A DNA stretch of 33,265 bases, taken from the IMG/VR virus record IMGVR_UViG_3300031519_000114, positions 1 to 33,265 of that record. The stretch is one strand, 5' to 3'. This DNA is from a virus (Duplodnaviria > Caudoviricetes). Each line of letters opens with the position of its first letter. The first letter of the stretch is position 1. Positions 25,916-33,153 of the stretch are shown one piece after another. A program made the translations under genes and the position numbers. The notes under the pieces were generated by a model. It worked only from the letters and a program-made list of their open reading frames with translations, ran no database searches and was not told where the DNA came from.

Positions 25916-26124
25916 TGCCTAAAAAAAAATTACCTGTTAATACAGCACATCAAAGAATTGACGATCACGAAAAATTATGCAGAATTATGCAAAATGAAAC
26001 TAATAGAAAAATTAAAGAATTAAAAGTTCAAATGAGTAGATTGGAAAAAGTTGTATTAAGTATGATCGGAATGGTTGTATTAGGTATGGGTACAATAATA
26101 ATAGAATTATTTGGGAGGATTTAA
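25915..26124 (+). CDS. Coiled-coil plus C-terminal TM protein (XhlA-like architecture, lysis-associated)
   Basis: RIDDHEKLC...MSRLEK followed by a TM; directly upstream of the endolysin. Confidence 0.6.
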   Translation: MPKKKLPVNTAHQRIDDHEKLCRIMQNETNRKIKELKVQMSRLEKVVLSMIGMVVLGMGTIIIELFGRI

Positions 26125-26126
26125 TC

Positions 26127-26624
26127 ATGCAATTAAGTAAGCATTTTAAGTTAGAAGAAATGACAAAGAGTCAGATAGCAACTAGAAATGGAATAACAAA
26201 TATTCCAGGTGCTGGAGAAGTAAAAAATTTAGAAAATATATGTTATGAAATATTAGAACCTGTAAGAGCAAAATTTGAAATGCCTGTAATTATTAATAGT
26301 GGTTATAGATCATTAGAAGTAAATAGAAAATTAGGTTCATCAGATTCAAGTCAACACACCAAAGGTCAGGCAGTTGATTTTGAGATAAATGGAATAGCAA
26401 ATATAAAAGTAGCACATTGGATTAAAGATAATTGCGACTTTGACCAACTGATTCTCGAATTTTATAATCCAAAAGAAAAAAATGGAGGTTGGATTCATTG
26501 TAGTTATAATGAAAAAGGTGTTAATAGAAAACAAGTATTAGTCTTTGATGGTAAGTCTTATGAAAATGGATTACCTGAAATGGAATATACATTCGATAAA
26601 ATGGGTAATGAGGTAATAAAATAA
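26127..26624 (+). CDS. Endolysin, peptidase M15A-type Zn peptidase
   Basis: LSKHFKLEE, INSGYRS, SQHTKGQAVD (SxH...D) and WIHCS. Confidence 0.92.
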   Translation: MQLSKHFKLEEMTKSQIATRNGITNIPGAGEVKNLENICYEILEPVRAKFEMPVIINSGYRSLEVNRKLGSSDSSQHTKGQAVDFEINGIANIKVAHWIKDNCDFDQLILEFYNPKEKNGGWIHCSYNEKGVNRKQVLVFDGKSYENGLPEMEYTFDKMGNEVIK

Positions 26625-27016
26625 TGTGGTTCAGTTTAGCAAAAATGGCATTAAGCACAGGTGCAAAAGTTTATTCAAATAAACAAAAACAAAAAGAAGC
26701 TATGTCACAAGCAGCATTATATACTGCAGAAAAAATGGCTCGTGGAGATATTGAATATCAGGGCAAACTTTTAGAAAGTAGAGATAATGATTATAAAGAT
26801 GAATTTGTTCTTGTAATACTTTCTGCTCCGATAATTGTACTTGCTTGGGCAGTTTTTAGTGATGATCCAGCTATGATGGATAAGATAGAATTATTTTTTC
26901 ATCACTTTGGTAATCTTCCTGTATGGTTTCAAACTTTATGGATAACGGTAGTTGCAAGTATTTTTGGAATTAAAGGAACACAAATATTTAGAAATGGAAG
27001 TCCTAAACAAAAATAA
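26624..27016 (+). CDS. Holin-like membrane protein
   Basis: Amphipathic N-terminus, KDEF followed by two TMs, LPVWF...ASIFGIKG; follows the endolysin. Confidence 0.65.
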   Translation: MWFSLAKMALSTGAKVYSNKQKQKEAMSQAALYTAEKMARGDIEYQGKLLESRDNDYKDEFVLVILSAPIIVLAWAVFSDDPAMMDKIELFFHHFGNLPVWFQTLWITVVASIFGIKGTQIFRNGSPKQK

Positions 27017-27485
27017 AGATGATTTAAAGGAATTTAAGAATTGGTTTTTAAAAAATAATACTATTCAAGTTCCTTATGATAATCCATTAATGTTTATTGA
27101 TGGTATTGCAGGAATAACTTTATATAGAAAAAAACCTTATCAAGTTCAATTATTTATTCTAGAACCAAATACTATAATTAAAGAACATTCACACCCAAAT
27201 ATAGATAGCTATGAAATGTTTTTGTGGGGTATGAAATTTACTCATAAAAGTAAAATTATAATAGATGAAAAAATGGCATTACTTAAAAAAAATGATATGC
27301 CAAGATGTTCACATTGGACATTAAGAATAAAAACAAATGAATTACATGGTGGCAAAGCATCAGATAAAGGTGGTTCTTTTATATCAATACAAAAATGGCT
27401 TAATAATATTGATCCTACTCATGTTTCTAAAGATTGGAATGGAGATATTTTAGGAGAAAAACATAAAAAACAATTAAATGAATAA
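26994..27485 (+). CDS. Cupin-fold metalloprotein
   Basis: PNTIIKEHSHPNIDSYE (HxH...E) and distal ELHGG; ATG 26994 is preferred over the listed TTG. Confidence 0.65.
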   Translation: MEVLNKNKDDLKEFKNWFLKNNTIQVPYDNPLMFIDGIAGITLYRKKPYQVQLFILEPNTIIKEHSHPNIDSYEMFLWGMKFTHKSKIIIDEKMALLKKNDMPRCSHWTLRIKTNELHGGKASDKGGSFISIQKWLNNIDPTHVSKDWNGDILGEKHKKQLNE

Positions 27486-27490
27486 AAAAT

Positions 27491-27706
27491 ATGACTAAAT
27501 GGGTATTAGTATTAATTATATGTTCTTTTCAATCTAATACTTGTATGCCACCACTTGAATATCCTATGAAATATAATGATGGATATGATTGTATGGTAGA
27601 TGGTTATAAAGAATCACTTTTAAAAACAGAACAAATCGGAAGAAAAGAAATCAATGAATATAACATTTATATTAAGTTTGGTTGTAGTCCTATTGACATT
27701 ATCTAA
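27491..27706 (+). CDS. Small protein with hydrophobic N-terminus and four Cys (71 aa)
   Basis: MTKWVLVLIICS...C.PP...YDC...FGC. Confidence 0.7.
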   Translation: MTKWVLVLIICSFQSNTCMPPLEYPMKYNDGYDCMVDGYKESLLKTEQIGRKEINEYNIYIKFGCSPIDII

Positions 27707-27721
27707 AAATTTACATACCAT
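27693..27721 (+). promoter_or_regulatory. Sigma70-like promoter
   Basis: TTGACA (27693-27698)-N17-TACCAT (27716-27721), 9 nt before the ATG at 27731; no SD sequence. Confidence 0.65.
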
Positions 27722-27730
27722 ATATAGTGT

Positions 27731-28519
27731 ATGACTAAAAAAATTTTAAAAGTTTTAGTAATAGGAGATACACACGACTCTCCAGATATTCCAGATAAAA
27801 GTAGATTTGGTTGGTTTGCTAAACACATCACAAAAACTAAACCAGACATAGTAGTTCAGATAGGAGATTTTATAACTTTAGATAGTTGTACTCATTATAT
27901 CAAAGACGATACTTATACAGCTAGAATTGATAAACCTATTTTTCTAAAAGATATGGAGTCAATGGATTTAGCTATGAAAGAGTTTGATACTCATTTAAAA
28001 AAATTAAATATTAAAAAATATTATACTTTAGGAAACCACGAAAAAAGAATGTTTCGTAAAGAGGACAGCAATCCAAGTTTTTATGGAATGTGTCAGAAAG
28101 AATTTTATGCTATTTGTAAGAAATATAAATGGGAAGTAATTCCTTATGGAACATATCTTATGTTAGGTGGAGTTGGTTTTATTCATGCACCTATAAACCC
28201 TATGGGAAAAGAATATGGTGGCGAGGCTAGTGAAAGACAAATAGCTAATAAATCAAAAATAGATATTGTTTTTGGTCATAGTCATAGAGCACAAGATAAT
28301 AGAGTTGCAAAAATAAGTCCTATTCCAAATGACTTTACAAGAATTATAAATGTTGGTTGTGCTATGCCATTTAATCATATTGAGAGTTATGCTAAACACA
28401 GTTTAACTGGTTGGACTTATCAAGTATGCGAATTAACAATATGGGATAACCATATACATGAAGTAAATAATATTTCTATGGAAACTTTGGAGAGAGAATA
28501 TGGCAGAAAAAAGCATTGA
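27731..28519 (+). CDS. Calcineurin-like metallophosphoesterase
   Basis: All five motifs present: GDTH, GD, GNHE, H and GHSH. Confidence 0.92.
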   Translation: MTKKILKVLVIGDTHDSPDIPDKSRFGWFAKHITKTKPDIVVQIGDFITLDSCTHYIKDDTYTARIDKPIFLKDMESMDLAMKEFDTHLKKLNIKKYYTLGNHEKRMFRKEDSNPSFYGMCQKEFYAICKKYKWEVIPYGTYLMLGGVGFIHAPINPMGKEYGGEASERQIANKSKIDIVFGHSHRAQDNRVAKISPIPNDFTRIINVGCAMPFNHIESYAKHSLTGWTYQVCELTIWDNHIHEVNNISMETLEREYGRKKH

Positions 28520-28754
28520 TGATATTTATAGAGATATAGAAAACGAAGTAGAAGAAGATTGTTTTGATAGAGAAGATTTAAGATTAAAAGATCAAACACC
28601 TTATGCCATAGTAGGTAAATCAATGAGTGGCAATATACTATTAAAAGTTGGAGATGATTTAGGCTATGATGTTGTTAAGTCTTTAACCTTTCCAGAAGCA
28701 TTAAAATTAATTAATGAATTAACTGTTGCTGTTATTAATAGATATGCAAAATGA
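28500..28754 (+). CDS. Hypothetical acidic protein (84 aa)
   Basis: GGAG RBS; overlaps both neighbours. Confidence 0.65.
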   Translation: MAEKSIDDIYRDIENEVEEDCFDREDLRLKDQTPYAIVGKSMSGNILLKVGDDLGYDVVKSLTFPEALKLINELTVAVINRYAK

Positions 28755-29071
28755 GTTTCATTAATCCTGAACTAAAATCTATCAAATATAGAAAAAGAAA
28801 AATTTCAATTGTTTATAAAAATCTAGATGATTGTTATGGATTATATGATCCTAATAAACAAACTTTATACTTTGATCAGAATATTAAAGGCGAAAGATTA
28901 TTCAATACTTTTTATCACGAATTATTCCATGTGATTTGTTATAATGATGGTATAGATGTTAATCAAAGAGGAGAAGAACCCATAGCCCAAGCAGTAGGAG
29001 ATGGTTACACAAGAATCTTTAAACAGAATCCCAAACTATGGGATATTTTGCAAGACTGTTTATTTGGCTAA
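28751..29071 (+). CDS. Small HEXXH zincin-like metallopeptidase domain protein
   Basis: YGLYD...TFYHELFH...EE motif. Confidence 0.75.
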   Translation: MSFINPELKSIKYRKRKISIVYKNLDDCYGLYDPNKQTLYFDQNIKGERLFNTFYHELFHVICYNDGIDVNQRGEEPIAQAVGDGYTRIFKQNPKLWDILQDCLFG

Positions 29072-29269
29072 AAATTTACAAATATTTTCTAATTCAATAG
29101 TTTTCTTTGTTGGTATTAGTTCAATATTAATTATTTTATCTTCACGACTTAAAAAAGATAATACTTTTGTTGTTATTTTCTCTTTATAAGACCTACCCAT
29201 ACTTTTTTCCCAACTCATAAAATGTTCAGCACATTCTAAAAGTAACTTTTTTTGTTTTTTAGTTAGCAT
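29060..29269 (-). CDS. Hypothetical early protein (69 aa)
   Basis: AGGAGG RBS and TAATG coupling; converges on and overlaps the last + strand gene. Confidence 0.7.
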   Translation of the reverse strand: MLTKKQKKLLLECAEHFMSWEKSMGRSYKEKITTKVLSFLSREDKIINIELIPTKKTIELENICKFLAK

Positions 29270-29520
29270 TATGCCTCCTTTCTTTTGTTAAAATATTTAT
29301 CCCAAAACAAATCATCACCTGTTTCTCTAGCATAATCTGTTTTTTCTTTTTGCTCTTTAGTTATAAAACCAGCAAGAACAAAATTAGTAGTCATTTCTTC
29401 AAATGGCATTTGGTCATTAATTTCCCAGAACACAATATCATTTTCAATATATGAACTTTCAAAATTTTTCTGAACTTGTTCTAATGTTTGATGTTCTTCA
29501 AACTTTATTTCAGTAGTCAT
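29269..29520 (-). CDS. Hypothetical early protein (83 aa)
   Basis: AAGGAG RBS, downstream of repeated promoter copy A. Confidence 0.75.
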   Translation of the reverse strand: MTTEIKFEEHQTLEQVQKNFESSYIENDIVFWEINDQMPFEEMTTNFVLAGFITKEQKEKTDYARETGDDLFWDKYFNKRKEA

Positions 29521-29552
29521 ATTATTTCTCCTTTTTTTAGTTAATAATTAAT

Positions 29553-29615
29553 ATTATATATTATTATAAAATAATTAAAACCATTATTAATGGTTGGTAC
29601 TAAATACTTATTTAA
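29553..29615 (-). promoter_or_regulatory. Repeated early promoter/operator, copy A
   Basis: 29572-29615 is 39/44 identical to 31130-31173; palindrome AACCATTA-T-TAATGGTT (29579-29595); minus-strand TATAAT at 29553-29558. Confidence 0.8.
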
Positions 29616-29636
29616 CATATTTTTTCCATTTTCATA

Positions 29637-30104
29637 TTATATCTCATTTCCCCAATAATGAACTCTTTTAACTTTATATTTTGATCCAGGTTTAGTGTAT
29701 TCTATTTCATATTTAGATTTTTCTTTTTCTAAATATCTTTCTAATGATTTATCAATTACAATACCTGAAATATCACAAGCCCAACATCTACCATATTCTT
29801 TTCTGTTAAAAGCATCGTCATTATTATCTGTAATACGATATTCTAAAATAGTAAATTCCTTGTAATCTTTTAAAGTTTCTAAAATATTTTTATAAGTAAA
29901 AAATGTAAAAGTGTTGCTAAAAGTTAATAACTCTTTTTCAAAAGCAGGTTTATCAAAAGGGTTAAATTTAATTATTTCTTTTTTAGCAAACTTATCTTTC
30001 ATTTCTATGTAGTGACTTTCAGGGTGATAATCTCCAAGAAGTTTTTTTAATAACTCATCAGTATAAATAAACTTTACTCTGATTACTCTATTTAGTTTTG
30101 TCAT
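29637..30104 (-). CDS. Hypothetical early protein (155 aa)
   Basis: AAGGAG RBS; single CxxC; flanked by a 14-bp direct repeat. Confidence 0.75.
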   Translation of the reverse strand: MTKLNRVIRVKFIYTDELLKKLLGDYHPESHYIEMKDKFAKKEIIKFNPFDKPAFEKELLTFSNTFTFFTYKNILETLKDYKEFTILEYRITDNNDDAFNRKEYGRCWACDISGIVIDKSLERYLEKEKSKYEIEYTKPGSKYKVKRVHYWGNEI

Positions 30105-30105
30105 A

Positions 30106-31080
30106 TTATATCTCCTTTTTTTTAGTTAATTGTTCTCTTGGTGTTGGTTGTAAAGTCCAGTTCTTAATAGCTGTTTCAAATATATTAATTTCTTCAATTA
30201 ATCTAGATTTGTATTGAAACCATACTTCTGTTATTAATGATAAATTAATATTTCTAACTTTAGTTAAACTATAACCAATTTGTTGACCTGATAAAATATA
30301 TTCAGGTGGTTGTGGAGCATCTTGTTTCATTCTATCAAATCCTGATAAATTCCAATAAGCTGAATAATCAATTTTATATTTTTTAACAGAATTAATTAAA
30401 TTATTAACTGTATCAATAGTAGGTTTGTCATTAATAACTTTTTCTAAAGTTGGTTTTAAGATTCTTTTAACATATTGGATTTTAGACTCTGGAGATTTTT
30501 CCCAAGAATGAAATCTAGCACCAAAACAAACTCCATTTCTACCATTCCCATATTTAGAAATAGTAAAACCATGATCTGCAATAATATTTTTTTGACCATT
30601 CATATCTACTAACTCCCAATACTGATGACAAATTCCACAAGTAGCTTTATCTTCTTCTTGTGCTTTTCTTAATCTTTCAGCTTCATAATCTTTTTCTAAA
30701 TCTTTAGGTCGTCTGCCTGATCTAACATTTGATTTTAAAGATAAAAGCAAATCATAATCTTTTTTAAGATTAGGAAAGTCTTTTTGAATATCAGCAATAT
30801 TTAAATCAACTACATTTTCAGTAGTTAAAGTAAAATAATATTCAGTAGTACCAGAACTAAAATATGGATTTACTTGTCTTTTTATTGGTACATACTTTTC
30901 CAATTCTCTATTGTACTCTGTATCTTTTACATAAGTTATTTTTTTAGTAAGACCTTTAAAGAACTTTCTAAATTTAATAAATTCTTGATTAAAGATATGT
31001 TTGCTTTCAATAATATGATTAAAAGTTAAATAATCAGTAGTGATTAAATCTTTTAATTCTTTGTAGTTATATTTTCTCAT
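30106..31080 (-). CDS. Hypothetical early protein with putative C2HC zinc site (324 aa)
   Basis: ATCGIC...IADHGFT...GVCFG; AGGAG RBS, first gene after promoter copy B. Confidence 0.75.
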   Translation of the reverse strand: MRKYNYKELKDLITTDYLTFNHIIESKHIFNQEFIKFRKFFKGLTKKITYVKDTEYNRELEKYVPIKRQVNPYFSSGTTEYYFTLTTENVVDLNIADIQKDFPNLKKDYDLLLSLKSNVRSGRRPKDLEKDYEAERLRKAQEEDKATCGICHQYWELVDMNGQKNIIADHGFTISKYGNGRNGVCFGARFHSWEKSPESKIQYVKRILKPTLEKVINDKPTIDTVNNLINSVKKYKIDYSAYWNLSGFDRMKQDAPQPPEYILSGQQIGYSLTKVRNINLSLITEVWFQYKSRLIEEINIFETAIKNWTLQPTPREQLTKKKEI

Positions 31081-31110
31081 TTTATCTCCTATTTGTTGTT
31101 AATAAGAAAT

Positions 31111-31173
31111 AATATAAACTAATATAAACTAATTAAAAGCATTATTAATGCTTGGTATTAAAGCCTTATTTAA
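31111..31173 (-). promoter_or_regulatory. Repeated early promoter/operator, copy B
   Basis: Palindrome AAGCATTA-T-TAATGCTT (31137-31153); minus-strand TATATT at 31111-31116 at the same offset as in copy A; includes a tandem 10-mer TAATATAAAC. Confidence 0.8.
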
Positions 31174-31174
31174 G

Positions 31175-31528
31175 CTATTTTTTGTTAATTAGGTATCTAG
31201 CCGAACTTTCTTCTGTTATTCTCATATCTTTTAAAGCAATCAAGTTATTATAATAATCTTTAGAAAGGGTAAAATCTTTTTCAGCTTGTGTATAAGCTAT
31301 TAACCATTCTTTATATCTTGGTTCTCTATAAGCATTATCAGTTAATTCAACTTGTGTAATCTTATCATGGTTTAATCTTAATTCGTTTTTAAGTTTAGCC
31401 AATACAATCTTTTCAGACTTTTCTAATTTTCTATATCTAAAAAGTGTTTCTGCTTTTTTCTCTGATGCTTCTTGTAGTTTATTAAATGTATCTTCTGTAT
31501 TTAATACAAATGTTTTATGTTCGTTCAT
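31175..31528 (-). CDS. Helical protein, possibly UvsY-like recombination mediator
   Basis: All-helical 117 aa with TQVEL...AY.EPRY pattern near the annealase/SSB genes; family call is tentative. Confidence 0.45.
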   Translation of the reverse strand: MNEHKTFVLNTEDTFNKLQEASEKKAETLFRYRKLEKSEKIVLAKLKNELRLNHDKITQVELTDNAYREPRYKEWLIAYTQAEKDFTLSKDYYNNLIALKDMRITEESSARYLINKK

Positions 31529-31625
31529 TTTATCTCCTTTTTTAGTTATTACTTTAATTTAGAGTACAGCTTTCTCAATCAACTATTAATAGTTTCTATT
31601 AACTCTAAATATTTTTAATTAGAAC

Positions 31626-31805
31626 TTATTTAATATTATTATTATTATTTTCAGTTCTAACTATTTCTCGTTGTACTCCACGATATTCACTAGCTTTTTG
31701 ACTAGCGATTGGAGTAACCTTTCCAAAAGTTTGTATGCTTTTAACATACTCATTATGCTTCTGGTCAAGTGTATCAACGAGTTGTCTTATTTTCTCGTTC
31801 AACAT
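31626..31805 (-). CDS. Hypothetical protein (59 aa, not in ORF track)
   Basis: GAGG RBS; MLNEKIRQLVDTLDQKHNEYVKSIQTFGKVTPIASQKASEYRGVQREIVRTENNNNNIK. Confidence 0.6.
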   Translation of the reverse strand: MLNEKIRQLVDTLDQKHNEYVKSIQTFGKVTPIASQKASEYRGVQREIVRTENNNNNIK

Positions 31806-31950
31806 TTTCTTCCTCTATGGTTGCCCTAATACCTTTTGGCAAACTTTTAGAAACCTCTTGTACTAGGTCGTCTACATTTTCACTCTCCCATTTTAAGGTT
31901 GAGATAAAATCCACGTTATCACAATTCCATAGTTTTATCAAGTATTTCAT
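31774..31950 (-). CDS. Hypothetical protein (58 aa; 3' half of the listed 31774..32127 ORF)
   Basis: AAGGT RBS before the ATG at 31950 (MKYLIKLWN...); the longer version would overlap the SSB-like gene. Confidence 0.6.
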   Translation of the reverse strand: MKYLIKLWNCDNVDFISTLKWESENVDDLVQEVSKSLPKGIRATIEEENVERENKTTR

Positions 31951-31967
31951 TACAACCTTTAATAGAG

Positions 31968-32006
31968 TTATGGGGTAGCAATATTTATTATCACTTAACC
32001 CCATAA
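31968..32006 (-). promoter_or_regulatory. Intergenic inverted repeat after the SSB-like gene
   Basis: TTATGGGGT (31968-31976) / ACCCCATAA (31998-32006), 9-bp stem, 21-nt loop, no U-tract. Confidence 0.55.
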
Positions 32007-32014
32007 AGACCATA

Positions 32015-32455
32015 CTAAAAGTTGATGTCATCATCAAGGTAATTATCATCTTGTTTTGCAACTTGTTCTTTAGTTGGATAATTAATATCTCTATTAGAAA
32101 CACCACCTTTATCTTCTCTTGGAACATGATTTGATATTTTCAAATGTGGATTTGGTTTTCCATCATTTTGATTTGTGGAATTACCCCAAAATGTCATATC
32201 AATTTTAGTTCCTGCTTTAATGACTATATCTTCTTTGACAGTAAATCCATTCCAACTAAATGTTGGTGCTTTAGGGTTTTCACTCTCAACTTTATAGACA
32301 TTAAAATATATTGGTTTGTCTAGCATTTTTTCCTCCTTTCTTTTTGTTTGTTTAACATATTCGTCATATTCTTTACGAATTTTTTTATCTTTCTCAAATG
32401 TATCTTCATAAGCTATTTCCTTATTTAGTTTAAATTCAAGATAGTCAATAGGCAT
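32015..32455 (-). CDS. SSB-like protein (likely main start 32326) with in-frame 43-aa upstream extension
   Basis: NPKAP motif, beta-rich core and acidic tail LDDDINF resembling the SSB C-terminal motif; AAAGGAGG before the internal ATG at 32326; near the annealase. Confidence 0.65.
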   Translation of the reverse strand: MPIDYLEFKLNKEIAYEDTFEKDKKIRKEYDEYVKQTKRKEEKMLDKPIYFNVYKVESENPKAPTFSWNGFTVKEDIVIKAGTKIDMTFWGNSTNQNDGKPNPHLKISNHVPREDKGGVSNRDINYPTKEQVAKQDDNYLDDDINF

Positions 32456-32668
32456 TTAATAGACATTAGAACCTGAATATCTTTTTTTCTTTTTAGGCTC
32501 TAGTGCAAGTATTTTACTATTAACTGTTTCAATTTTTTCCCAAATGTCAGTTTGAAGATTTACTAACGCATTTCTTTCTCCATAAAGCACACATCTGGTT
32601 TTAAAAATTTCAAGTTTCTTTTCATCAGCTATAGTATTATTAACTACTATTTTAGGTATATCTGTCAT
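32456..32668 (-). CDS. Hypothetical protein (70 aa)
   Basis: Coupled (TAATG) to the annealase gene. Confidence 0.65.
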   Translation of the reverse strand: MTDIPKIVVNNTIADEKKLEIFKTRCVLYGERNALVNLQTDIWEKIETVNSKILALEPKKKKRYSGSNVY

Positions 32669-33153
32669 TAGCTAAAATCACTCATTTGTTGTCTTACTTT
32701 ATCCCAAGGGTTTTCAGTAAATTTTTGGAAATAAAACTTACCACCACTTTCTTTTGATTGACATTTTACCCAAATACTTGGTAGATCATATAAATGCCTA
32801 CCTATACCAAAAGATACTGCCGCCCTTTTAAGACTATCTGAAATAGCACCCTTATCAGCTTCAAATTGTGTATCTCCTGCACCATCAGATCGCCATACCC
32901 ACTTATCATCTAAAAATAAACCTAAATGGCAAATAGTTTTAGCACCAAACACTTCATGTTTGCATTGCCAATTAGAACCCATAATTTCATTAAGTCTATC
33001 TTGAACTTGACGAACATTTACATAGGCAAGTGCCATTCCTGCAGTTCCATCTCTTGTTAGTCTTTGAACTCTCCATTGAATATCTTTCTCTGGAAATTTT
33101 TGAGATAACTTAAACATTAAATCATCTGTTTTATTTATTGATACTTTTGCCAT
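32668..33153 (-). CDS. Rad52/Rad22-family (Sak-like) single-strand annealing protein
   Basis: IQWRV, ALAYVNVRQVQDRLNE and KGAISDSLKRAAVSFGIGRHLY motifs; AGGAGG RBS. Confidence 0.92.
   Translation of the reverse strand: MAKVSINKTDDLMFKLSQKFPEKDIQWRVQRLTRDGTAGMALAYVNVRQVQDRLNEIMGSNWQCKHEVFGAKTICHLGLFLDDKWVWRSDGAGDTQFEADKGAISDSLKRAAVSFGIGRHLYDLPSIWVKCQSKESGGKFYFQKFTENPWDKVRQQMSDFS

Noticed and set aside
31634-31649. (TAT)n microsatellite as a phase-variable or origin repeat
   Set aside because: It encodes the Asn run at the end of the 59-aa minus-strand ORF, and a triplet repeat would not shift the frame.
31769-32127. Listed ORFs 31769..31978 (+) and the 5' half of 31774..32127 (-)
   Set aside because: The first is antisense to early genes; the second overlaps the SSB-like gene and an intergenic hairpin, with a better start at 31950.
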